Below, piece by piece: positions 27,777-36,960 of a stretch of 64,000 nt of DNA. The stretch covers positions 64,001 through 128,000 of the forward strand of contig JABCTZ010000036.1 of the NCBI GenBank assembly GCA_018238155.1, read 5' to 3'. Below the pieces are notes generated by a model that made no database searches, was not told the origin of the DNA, and saw only the letters and a list, made by a program, of their open reading frames with translations. Position numbers and translations under genes: made by a program. Every line of letters begins with the position of its first letter. Positions within the stretch are counted from its first letter, which is position 1. The DNA is from Candidatus Heimdallarchaeota archaeon. Its GTDB lineage: Archaea > Asgardarchaeota > Heimdallarchaeia > JABLTI01.

Positions 27777-28346
27777 ATGTCAAAAGAATTGTCTATTACT
27801 TTTGTAACAAATAACAAAGAAAAAATCACTGATATTAGATTAATGCTAGGTAATACAGTTACTTTGAATTTTGTTTCCGATATTGAGTTATTAGAGATTC
27901 AATCATTATCCGTTGAAGAAGTGGTAATATCTAAAGCAAAACAAGCATATGAAATATTAGGTGAACCTGTTGCAGTGTCTGATAGCGGTTTAGAAATTAC
28001 TTGTTTGAAAAATTTTCCCGGGGCTCTTGTGAAATTTACAAACGAAGCGATTGGTCAAGATGGTTTGTTGAAATTACTTGAAGGAAAAGTAAATAGACAA
28101 GCCTATTTTGTTGCTGCCATCGCTTATTGTTACTCAAAAGATGATGTCGTTTCTTTTGTAGAGAGAGATGAGGGAACCATTGCAGAAAAACAACGAGGGA
28201 TAGGATGGCATTTCGATAAAATTTTCATTCCAAAGGGGGAAACTCTAACTTGGGCGGAAATCGGACGAAAGAATAAAAATATTCATTCAGCATTTCGAAG
28301 AGCATTGACGGGTATGTCAGAATATGTAAGAAAAAAAAATAGCTAG
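27777..28346 (+). CDS. rdgB: Ham1/ITPase-family non-canonical NTP pyrophosphatase (atypical specificity motif)
   Basis: TNNKEK, EIQ, KA, DSGL, FPG, FDKIFIP...TWAE; canonical SHR replaced by SAF; ATG 27777 preferred. Confidence 0.82.
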   Translation: MSKELSITFVTNNKEKITDIRLMLGNTVTLNFVSDIELLEIQSLSVEEVVISKAKQAYEILGEPVAVSDSGLEITCLKNFPGALVKFTNEAIGQDGLLKLLEGKVNRQAYFVAAIAYCYSKDDVVSFVERDEGTIAEKQRGIGWHFDKIFIPKGETLTWAEIGRKNKNIHSAFRRALTGMSEYVRKKNS

Positions 28347-28374
28347 TCTAAATGACTAGCATTCTGGTCTTCGA

Positions 28375-29694
28375 TTAGACTTCATCCCTATCTGCAATAG
28401 GATTTCTAGTGAATAGAACAAATGAGTAAATCAAAAATGCACCATAGATGAGTTTTATTATAATAGGTATTATTTGATGAATTTCTGTTTTTAGAAAATT
28501 TGCGAAATATGAGAAATAGGAAGGTACAACTAAGCCAATAAGGAAAATAGCAATGATTATCTGAATTATTAAATCATATTTTTCCATTTTCTTTCGTTGG
28601 ATGGTTGTTTTCCCACCTAATACGATAGATAATCCTCCTATAGGTGCAACTATTAACATAGAAAGACCTATTGGGATAAATAATGCATTCCGAATGATTT
28701 GTTTTATTTTCCAATAGAACTTTCTCATATCCTCAAATTGACGATTGAGTATTGTTCGTGGATCTTTTTTCGGTCGAATGAAGAAGAGAATTCTCCTTCT
28801 CCTTTTCTCCTCTTTTACTTTAGAAATGAATTCTTTTGTTGGATCTCTATATATTCTGATAGCAGGAACAATGTAAAGTGCAATTATACTTATTGCTGCC
28901 ATAATTCCTTTGTAATATTCCATAATAGTATCTAAAGTATTGAGTACACCAATTTGTGTACCTTCTACCCATCGTATTATTGGGTTAATAAGTCCAATTA
29001 ATGTTAACACAATACCTAAAATAATCATAATATAGATTGGAACTAACATAATCAATTTGAATCTTCTAGGATCAATATCTTCTTGAGTAGTTATTACTTT
29101 CTCAGAAAGTTTTCCACGGTATTGTTTTTGTTTTTCTTTAAGTTTTTTCTTCTCTTTTGAGAGTTCTTCTGAAAATTCTTCCTGATCTTCTTTGAGCTCT
29201 TTTTCTTTCTTTTCAAGCTTTGAAAGTTCTTTTTTAGTTTTCTTTTCATTCCACTTTCCGCTTTCTTGTTTATCCTTAATTTCCTTTTTCTTCTTACTCA
29301 ATTTTTTCTCTTTTTTGTTAAACTCTTGCATTTCCTTCTTTTCTTTGCTTTCCAATTTGTCAATCTCTTTTTCCCACTTTTGAACTTCTTTCTCACTATA
29401 TGCTTTCTTTTTGGATGTTTTGGATAGCCAATTGATTATACCTTGTGCAATTGGAATGTAACCCGTAATAAATCCAAATCCACTTAGTACTTGTTGGAAA
29501 ATGAAATAAGCTAAGAGTGGATAAGCAAAAATCAGCAACCATGGTGTTGAATCAGACTTAATAAAGTGAATGAGTATTATCGTTATAATAAGGACTAAAG
29601 TACCTATTCCAAATCCCCAGTAATATTTCTTATCAAATGTTCTCAACAAAAATTCTTTAATACTAGGTTTTGGTTCGGTTTCAAGTTCGTTCAT
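28375..29694 (-). CDS. Polytopic membrane protein with a Lys/Glu-rich coiled-coil insertion
   Basis: About 7 TM segments; about 100-aa K/E-rich stretch after TM2. Confidence 0.65.
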   Translation of the reverse strand: MNELETEPKPSIKEFLLRTFDKKYYWGFGIGTLVLIITIILIHFIKSDSTPWLLIFAYPLLAYFIFQQVLSGFGFITGYIPIAQGIINWLSKTSKKKAYSEKEVQKWEKEIDKLESKEKKEMQEFNKKEKKLSKKKKEIKDKQESGKWNEKKTKKELSKLEKKEKELKEDQEEFSEELSKEKKKLKEKQKQYRGKLSEKVITTQEDIDPRRFKLIMLVPIYIMIILGIVLTLIGLINPIIRWVEGTQIGVLNTLDTIMEYYKGIMAAISIIALYIVPAIRIYRDPTKEFISKVKEEKRRRRILFFIRPKKDPRTILNRQFEDMRKFYWKIKQIIRNALFIPIGLSMLIVAPIGGLSIVLGGKTTIQRKKMEKYDLIIQIIIAIFLIGLVVPSYFSYFANFLKTEIHQIIPIIIKLIYGAFLIYSFVLFTRNPIADRDEV

Positions 29695-29819
29695 AGTAAT
29701 GAATGATATTCAGACAAAGTCAAAAAGATTTCGTTTTTACTAAAAGCAATTATTAATTTTTCCAGCTTATTTCTTCATTAAAGTTTATCAATTAAACTGT
29801 CTTTATCAATTCAAGGCAA

Positions 29820-30335
29820 TTGGTTGAATTAGAAATGGATATTAAAACAAGAATTGCTACTTTAGAAGATCTTGAAGAGATTTATCAAATTGAGAGAGTT
29901 TGTTTTGAAACTAGTGATATTTTTCATAAAGAAACTTTTGAATTCTTTCTTACAACAAATGAGGTTATTTTTTTACTAGCTGTGAATACTGAGAAAAAAA
30001 AATCTGGAAATGATCTTATAGTTGGTTTTATTATTGTTCAACCAAAGTTCAAATCAAAATTCGAGATTACTACAATAGATGTGCATCCTGATTGGCAAAA
30101 TAAAGGCATTGGCTCCCTATTGCTTCGAGAAATTGAGGAAAGAATTTTAATACGAATCAATGATGATAATAGAGAAAAAATAGATTGTTTCATTGAGCTA
30201 GTTGTTTATGAGAATAATCATAGCGCAAAGAAATTGTATACAAATATGGGTTATCAGATATTGGGTAAATTGCATAGTTACTATTCCCGTGATCGAGATG
30301 GGCTAAGGATGGGCAAAAAATTATCCAAAGAGTAA
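29820..30335 (+). CDS. RimI-like GNAT N-acetyltransferase
   Basis: IDVHPDWQNKGIGSLL, LVV..NN.SAKKLY..GY, YYS...DGLRM. Confidence 0.85.
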   Translation: MVELEMDIKTRIATLEDLEEIYQIERVCFETSDIFHKETFEFFLTTNEVIFLLAVNTEKKKSGNDLIVGFIIVQPKFKSKFEITTIDVHPDWQNKGIGSLLLREIEERILIRINDDNREKIDCFIELVVYENNHSAKKLYTNMGYQILGKLHSYYSRDRDGLRMGKKLSKE

Positions 30336-30506
30336 TCTTTTATTTATTCAACAATTTAATCTAATTCTTAGTCATTTTAAATAATAAGAAAAATCTTGTA
30401 ATAAGACAGTTCTCTTGAAAAAATGTTGTCGGTTTTCGCCAAAACGCATACATTTTTAATTAAGGGTAGAACTATCAAATTATTGTATATCGGAGTACTG
30501 TGGTAA

Positions 30507-31721
30507 ATGAATCCCGAAGTAGAACAAGGCGATGATAACAAAGAAATAGCTGAAAAAGATAGAAGCTATTTATTGTCTTATACTCGTCATTTAGAAAGAA
30601 AAATTCGGACTCTTGAAACAGAGAAGCAATTAATTGATAATGAACGTATGCGTATGGAACGTGAAATTGCTTCTATGAGAAACGACCTCGAACAAATGAA
30701 GAGAAGTCCATTAATCACTGGTCAAATAGTTGATCTCTTAGATAATAATCGAGCAGTAGTAAGAAGCTCTAGTGGTCCAAGTTTTGTTGTCAATGTTATA
30801 AAATCAATTGATTCAAACTTGTTAAAACCAAATGCTCGTGTTGCTTTGAATCAAAGAAATTTTGCAATCGTTGAAATTCTCCCCCAGCAAAAAGATCCAA
30901 TGGTTTCTGCGATGGAAGTCGAAGAAAAACCAGAAATTTCATATGCTGATATCGGAGGTTTAGAGGAACAAATTCTTGAATTAAGGGAAACTGTTGAATT
31001 ACCACTAACAAAACCCGAGTTATTTGAAAAAGTAGGAATTACACCACCAAAAGGTGTAATGCTTTATGGTCCACCTGGGACAGGAAAAACTCTCCTAGCT
31101 AGAGCAGTTGCACATGAAACAAATGCAACGTTCATTAGAGTGATTGGTAGTGAATTAGTCCAAAAATTCATTGGAGAAGGCGCACGATTAGTTAGAGAAA
31201 TCTTTGAATTTGCAGAAGAAAAATCACCAACCATTTTGTTTATTGATGAATTGGATGCTATTGGATCTCGAAGATTAGATATTGCAACAAGTGGAGACCG
31301 TGAAGTTCAAAGAACGTTAATGCAATTATTGAGTAATTTAGATGGCTTCGATATTCGTGGTGATGTTCGAGTCATTGCTGCAACAAATAGACCTGATATT
31401 TTAGATCCTGCTCTTCTAAGACCAGGACGATTCGATAGGGTTATAGAAATAGGTATTCCATCATCAAAATCACGAGAACAAATCTTTAAAATTCATACCA
31501 GAAAAATGTCACTTGAGACTAAGATTGATTTGAAAATATACGTGAGTTTGACAGAAGGTGCATCTGGTGCTGATATCAAAAATATTTGTATGGAAGCAGG
31601 AATGTTTGCAGTTAGAAATGAACGTGATCATATAATTAATGCAGACTTTAAGAAAGCCGTCAGCAAAGTTATGGGCAAAATAAAATCCTCAACAGGTAAC
31701 ACAGGACGATTCTATGTTTAA
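30507..31721 (+). CDS. pan: Proteasome-activating nucleotidase
   Basis: N-terminal coiled coil and OB domain; [39 protein letters not shown]; C-terminal HbYX tail FYV. Confidence 0.97.
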   Translation: MNPEVEQGDDNKEIAEKDRSYLLSYTRHLERKIRTLETEKQLIDNERMRMEREIASMRNDLEQMKRSPLITGQIVDLLDNNRAVVRSSSGPSFVVNVIKSIDSNLLKPNARVALNQRNFAIVEILPQQKDPMVSAMEVEEKPEISYADIGGLEEQILELRETVELPLTKPELFEKVGITPPKGVMLYGPPGTGKTLLARAVAHETNATFIRVIGSELVQKFIGEGARLVREIFEFAEEKSPTILFIDELDAIGSRRLDIATSGDREVQRTLMQLLSNLDGFDIRGDVRVIAATNRPDILDPALLRPGRFDRVIEIGIPSSKSREQIFKIHTRKMSLETKIDLKIYVSLTEGASGADIKNICMEAGMFAVRNERDHIINADFKKAVSKVMGKIKSSTGNTGRFYV

Positions 31722-31745
31722 TAGGTAGGTATTTTTCTACCTATT
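31720..31745. terminator. Hairpin between convergent pan and atpD
   Basis: Perfect 9-bp stem AATAGGTAG/CTACCTATT, followed by T-rich sequence on the plus strand. Confidence 0.55.
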
Positions 31746-31801
31746 CTTCAAATTTTTAGATTATTTTCTTAATAAGAAATGGGAATAGAAAGAATAAAGA
31801 T

Positions 31802-32455
31802 TTAGCTGCTAGATTTTGCAGCCGCTTTTCTTTCAAGTTTTTCTTTAATTTTCTTTAATTGAGCAAATTGCTCTCTTTCTTGTTCCTCTAATGTAGTTTC
31901 AATAAAAACTATTTGAGTCTGTAAACGAGGAATAAGAATAAATCTTAACGCATTTACTCTTCGTTTTGTTTCAGTAATTGCTTGACCCAAAATCTGTAAC
32001 ATTGCTAATGTTTCAGCCAAAGTGACAATCTTCTCGATTGCTTTTCGATATTTTTCAATTGTTAGATCTATTTCTGCACTGGAACTAAGAAAACTATAGA
32101 ATAATCTTGAATCAGCTTCATCTCTAATTTTCAGTAAATCGAGTTTAGGTACTACAACACCTGCAACATTATTTTCAAAAGCTTCAATCTGCCATATTTC
32201 TGGAGCAGCAAAAGCAATTTCTTTCAATCTGAGAGGTCCAACAGCCATTTGTGCATCAATTAATGTCTCATAAGCTTCCAAGGTCAATTTAGAAGAATCT
32301 TCACGTAACCCACGAATTGTATCTACTACTTCGAAAAATTGTATAACAAGCGAATCTAACTTTTCTTGGAGAAGATCATGTCCTTTCTCAGCTAATTTCA
32401 ATCTATCACGAAGTCTCATTAAATTCATACGAGTTGCTTGAACACCCATGCTCAT
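31802..32455 (-). CDS. atpD: A/V-type ATP synthase subunit D
   Basis: TRMNLMRL...GHDLLQEK...NVAGVVVP...TKRRVNAL...IP. Confidence 0.93.
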   Translation of the reverse strand: MSMGVQATRMNLMRLRDRLKLAEKGHDLLQEKLDSLVIQFFEVVDTIRGLREDSSKLTLEAYETLIDAQMAVGPLRLKEIAFAAPEIWQIEAFENNVAGVVVPKLDLLKIRDEADSRLFYSFLSSSAEIDLTIEKYRKAIEKIVTLAETLAMLQILGQAITETKRRVNALRFILIPRLQTQIVFIETTLEEQEREQFAQLKKIKEKLERKAAAKSSS

Positions 32456-32652
32456 TGTCTATCTTTCCATCCTTAGATTGTTGGGTTAATATTAATTTTT
32501 GTTTCACATTTAAGGTTACTTCTCTTTTTGGAAATAAAAAATAAAAAAAAACTTATTTCTCATACAAATAATATTTAGTCGATTTTTTGTATTTTTGCCT
32601 AAGAATATAAATAATAACATCCTATTTATTTTAATAATATGAGTGAAATTCG

Positions 32653-32904
32653 ATGAATAATTCCACAACTTCTGTAATCAATACTAATTTGAAAAAAATA
32701 ATTCGATATATTCGAATTAGCCTTCTAGTTAATTTCATAATAACAATCCCACTTACTATATTAGCAATTTTAGCAATAGGTGAGAAAACTATTTTCATTC
32801 TAACAATTATTTCAGTAGGATTATTGTGTTTTCAATTCTTTGTTTTACTAGCATTAGATATAATAAGAATGAACAAAGTACGTAAACTCGGCACAACTGA
32901 ATAA
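32653..32904 (+). CDS. Small 2-TM membrane protein
   Basis: 83-aa ORF with two hydrophobic helices; GAGTGA SD-like element. Confidence 0.55.
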   Translation: MNNSTTSVINTNLKKIIRYIRISLLVNFIITIPLTILAILAIGEKTIFILTIISVGLLCFQFFVLLALDIIRMNKVRKLGTTE

Positions 32905-33052
32905 CAATTTAAATAATTTCTGATTTTTTCTTTTTTTCTTTGTCTCAAACGATATTCAATTATCAAACTAAATTTTATAAATAAGATTTTTCTATTCTTT
33001 CTCTTCATTGAGTTTCACCTTTAATGAAGAACAAGAGAACCGAGGAATAACA

Positions 33053-34702
33053 ATGGTTGATTTATTGAAATCACTAAAAAAAGCTCTTGAAATAAATGAG
33101 AATGTTTTCGAGAGCCTCGAACGTAAGATGTTAATTCAAGAGTGTGTTGATAATAAAGAAGTATGCGTAAGTGCTAATGGTGCTTTAGCTACTTGGACAC
33201 CTCCTGAATCAACTGGGCGTAGTCCTAAAGATACTGTTATAGTAAAACGAACCCAAAGTAAAAATAAAATTGATTGGGATTCTCCTAATTGCATTTCAAT
33301 TACTGAAGAAACCTTTGATATGGCTTGGGAGGATGCTGTGAAGATTCTTGGAGGAGCAGATAAGGTTTATTTCTCTGAAAGATCACTAGGAGCTGATTCT
33401 TCATATACCTTAAGAATTAAAACTATTGGTAACCAAGCTCTCACACAGCTTTTTACATATAATATGTTTCGACCTGTTCATGACGATTATGAAAAGAGTG
33501 TTCTGAATGATGAACCTTTTACTCTTATTGTTCTGCCATACAGTAAATTGGATAGAGAACGTTATAATAGTCGATTACGAAAACTACCAAATGGCAAGAC
33601 AAGTGATATGCTCGTAGCAATGGACTTTGATAGAAAATTAGGCTTAATAATTGGTTCTGCTTATTGTGGTTCAGTAAAGAAATTAATGTTTACTGTAATG
33701 AACTATCTCCTCCCAGAAGTAGGAATATTACCTCTTCATTGCTCAAGTAATGAAGGTCCTGATGGTGATATTGCTCTTTTACTTGGTCTTTCCGGAACTG
33801 GAAAAACTACTCTCTCAGCTGATTCGTCAAGAGCTCTTTTGGGTGATGATGAACATGGATGGAGTGATAACGGAGTTGCTAATTTTGAATATGGTTGTTA
33901 CGCTAAGCTAATCAATCTGAGACAAGATAAAGAACCAGAAATTTACAATGCTATGATGCATAAAGTAGGTTATCTGAATCATGGAGCAATCTTTGAAAAC
34001 ACTATGATGTATCCAAATGGAGAATTTGACTTGTTCGATGAACGTTTAACACCAAATTCAAGAGGATCTTATCCATTATCTTTCTTGTCCAATGTCAAAT
34101 CTCCACCTATAGGCGGGCATCCAAAGACTATTCTCTTCTTAACAGCAGATGCAAACGGTGTAATTCCTCCTGTAGCAAAACTAACTCCAGAACAAGCTAT
34201 GCTCTGGTTTCTAATGGGATATACAAGTAAATTAGCTGGAACAGAAACAGGTATTGAAGAACCTGTGTCAACCTTCTCGAGATTCTTTGGTGAACCTTTC
34301 ATGCCACGAAATCCAGATGAATATGCAATCCTTCTTGGTGAAAAGATGGAAAAGCATGGAACAAAAGTGTATCTAATTAATACTGGTTGGTCTGGAGGAC
34401 CATACGGTGTAGGTAAACGAATGGATATTAACTTAACAAGAAGACTTGTGGATGCTGCATTATCTGGTGAGCTAGAAAGTGCTGAGTATCAACAAGATGA
34501 GATATTTAAATTGAGTGTACCTATATCCTGTAAAGGAGTTCCCGCAGATGTTTTGTGGCCTAGGAATACTTGGAAAGATAAAAAAGCATTTGATGAGCGC
34601 GCATTGAAGTTAGCAAAAGATTTCTGCGAACACTTCAAAAAAGCTTATTCAGATAAGAAAATCGATCCAAATATCGTCAAAACATGCCCCGGTACTTTAT
34701 GA
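33053..34702 (+). CDS. pckA: Phosphoenolpyruvate carboxykinase (ATP)
   Basis: TGRSPKD, LHCS, GLSGTGKTTLS, LGDDEHGW, GCYAK, NTGW; ATG 33053 follows GAGG. Confidence 0.95.
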   Translation: MVDLLKSLKKALEINENVFESLERKMLIQECVDNKEVCVSANGALATWTPPESTGRSPKDTVIVKRTQSKNKIDWDSPNCISITEETFDMAWEDAVKILGGADKVYFSERSLGADSSYTLRIKTIGNQALTQLFTYNMFRPVHDDYEKSVLNDEPFTLIVLPYSKLDRERYNSRLRKLPNGKTSDMLVAMDFDRKLGLIIGSAYCGSVKKLMFTVMNYLLPEVGILPLHCSSNEGPDGDIALLLGLSGTGKTTLSADSSRALLGDDEHGWSDNGVANFEYGCYAKLINLRQDKEPEIYNAMMHKVGYLNHGAIFENTMMYPNGEFDLFDERLTPNSRGSYPLSFLSNVKSPPIGGHPKTILFLTADANGVIPPVAKLTPEQAMLWFLMGYTSKLAGTETGIEEPVSTFSRFFGEPFMPRNPDEYAILLGEKMEKHGTKVYLINTGWSGGPYGVGKRMDINLTRRLVDAALSGELESAEYQQDEIFKLSVPISCKGVPADVLWPRNTWKDKKAFDERALKLAKDFCEHFKKAYSDKKIDPNIVKTCPGTL

Positions 34703-34713
34703 AATCATATACT

Positions 34714-34752
34714 CAGACCTAAATTTCTTTAGGTTTGCTTTTCTCCCTTTTT
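34714..34752 (+). terminator. Hairpin plus pyrimidine tract after pckA
   Basis: CAGACCTAAA-TTTC-TTTAGGTTTG stem followed by CTTTTCTCCCTTTTT. Confidence 0.6.
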
Positions 34753-34834
34753 TCTTATCAGACAAAATCCAAATGCTTAAAATAGGACGCATTAATTATA
34801 ATAAGAAAAAGAGATTTTTATCTAACAGAGTAAG

Positions 34835-35740
34835 GTGTCTTATTTGGCGATTAATGAAGAGATAGATGAAGCATTATTGCAACTTCAAGATTCAGATGAA
34901 AACATTCGAAGTCAAGCAGCACTTTCATTAGGTTGGATGGGTGAAAAAGAAGTAGTTAACCCTTTAATTCATATACTTCTAAATGATGATTCTGAAAAAG
35001 TGCGTGCTAATGCTGCAATGTCTCTAGGTCAATTGGGATTTGAGGAAGCTATTGATTCTTTGATTAAATCTTTGAAAGACGAAGATTATAGTGTTAGAGG
35101 AATGAGTATCTATTCCTTAGGTCTAATGAAAGCAACATCTGCATTAAAACCTCTAATAAAGGTTTTGAAAAATGATCCTGATAGAGAAGCTAGAATTGCT
35201 GCCGCTGAATCCTTAGCACAATTAGGGAAGGAAGAAGCAATACAACCTTTAGTTTTCACATTTGTGAATGAAGAGAATAAGGATGTAAAAAGAGAGGCAA
35301 AAGCATCTTATGAAAAATTAACTAAATTGCATAATACAAAAGGTATTGAGTTATTGGTTAAAGTAGAAGAAGCAGAGAAAACAAAACGGGCAATTTCTTT
35401 TCATCAAAAAGAACGTGATAAGATTATCACTGGTTTACAAAATAAAGAAATTGAGAAGAAACACTCCGAAAAAATTGCTACAATAGTTATGGAGCTTCCA
35501 CAACAACTTGATTTTGCAATTCACGATGAAAAAATCCCCTATGATGCAATTTGCAAAGAATTCGAATGTGACGATATCTCTTTAGAACTTGCTTTAAACC
35601 AAATACCCAAAAAACATTTCAATATTGAAATTGATTCAGCAAATAGGCTTTTCAAAGTTATTAAACCACAATCAGAACTAAGTGATGAAGCAAAAATGAA
35701 GATTAAATTACTTCGAAAGAAATTTGGTATTTCGTGGTAA
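34835..35740 (+). CDS. HEAT (PBS-lyase-like) repeat protein with coiled coil and possible C-terminal PCI-like winged helix
   Basis: Four to five LxxxLxDxDxxVRxxAAxxLG repeats; C-terminal IPYDAICKEFECDDISLELAL...IEIDSANRLFKV. Confidence 0.8.
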   Translation: MSYLAINEEIDEALLQLQDSDENIRSQAALSLGWMGEKEVVNPLIHILLNDDSEKVRANAAMSLGQLGFEEAIDSLIKSLKDEDYSVRGMSIYSLGLMKATSALKPLIKVLKNDPDREARIAAAESLAQLGKEEAIQPLVFTFVNEENKDVKREAKASYEKLTKLHNTKGIELLVKVEEAEKTKRAISFHQKERDKIITGLQNKEIEKKHSEKIATIVMELPQQLDFAIHDEKIPYDAICKEFECDDISLELALNQIPKKHFNIEIDSANRLFKVIKPQSELSDEAKMKIKLLRKKFGISW

Positions 35741-35862
35741 TTTTCCAAATTATTTCGTTTTTGCAAAAATGATTTTTTTCATAAAAATACCTTTTACTTC
35801 TATCAATCCTTAAAATAAAAAATTGGTTGCTAAAAATGGACCAAAAGATTAATAGAAATCGC

Positions 35863-36786
35863 TTAATTCTTTCTTTTTCTTTTGATAACTATGCTACAAA
35901 TAACTAAAGCAGATAAGCTGACAAAAGTAATCACAAATTGATAACCTGAAATAAACCCTGAATAGTTATAGAATTTAAATCCTGGTAGAGAATAACTGCT
36001 TTCTTTACAAATAATTTCAATTGATTCATATATAATCACTTCTTCTAGTGTACCAGAAACACTCGTTGAAATACGATATCCGAGCAATATTCCCGTTAAA
36101 CTGTCCCAAATAAATTTAATATTGTGACTAAAATTAATATCAATTTCTAAAGAATCATTAACAAAAGATCCATGAATATAAATATCTAAAATAGCTTGAT
36201 TTTCTTGAATTTCAAAGAAAGATTCAAAATATGCCTTATAATCATAATTACTTTCTTTTGATTTGTGATAGTCTATACTGGCTATTTCTCTGAAATGATC
36301 CCAGAGTGAATCTTCAGGTTCAACAAAAAACCAAGAATTCATTTCAGGTCCAAGATCTATTTCTTGTTTATTGAATCCTTGAAGTGATAATCGTAAGATT
36401 TCTTGCTCTGGATAATAGAGGAATTTTTCCAATTCAAAAAGAAATAAATCGCTAGCAATTTCTCCAGATGCTGTTGCTGTGGAATTATCAACAATAAATT
36501 CAATACCAAGCTGTTCATCAACACTAATAATTTCAACATCAAAAGTATTTGATGGTGCAACTTTCACTCCCTTGAAATTTACTCCTTCGCTACCACTTAA
36601 TTGATCGCCAATCTGAATATTCCAACTTGCGTCTTCTATTGTATAATTAACAACAGTTTTGTCATCAACCTTCCAAACACTTTCTATATCAATTACTGAA
36701 TTTTTACCAAAGTAAGGGCTAAGTATGAGAATAAAAATGATGATCAGAAACAAAGATTGTTGTTTTTTATTCAAAGACCATATCAC
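35863..36786 (-). CDS. Secreted/surface protein with C-terminal sorting/TM tail
   Basis: Signal peptide; WDSLTGILLGY motif; tail GFISGY-TM-KRKRKN. Confidence 0.65.
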   Translation of the reverse strand: MIWSLNKKQQSLFLIIIFILILSPYFGKNSVIDIESVWKVDDKTVVNYTIEDASWNIQIGDQLSGSEGVNFKGVKVAPSNTFDVEIISVDEQLGIEFIVDNSTATASGEIASDLFLFELEKFLYYPEQEILRLSLQGFNKQEIDLGPEMNSWFFVEPEDSLWDHFREIASIDYHKSKESNYDYKAYFESFFEIQENQAILDIYIHGSFVNDSLEIDINFSHNIKFIWDSLTGILLGYRISTSVSGTLEEVIIYESIEIICKESSYSLPGFKFYNYSGFISGYQFVITFVSLSALVICSIVIKRKRKN

Positions 36787-36960
36787 CGAGCAGCTTAGTT
36801 CTATTTATTGATTATATTATCTGAACAAAAGATAATTTAAACTCTTGCTTATGATTGGAGAGAAAGAGCTCTAACGAAAGAAACTTTTTATTTTTAGAGA
36901 ACTACTTGGAAATTGAAGTATAGTTAAAAAAATATTTCCTTTGCAGGAGAAGCAATTAAA

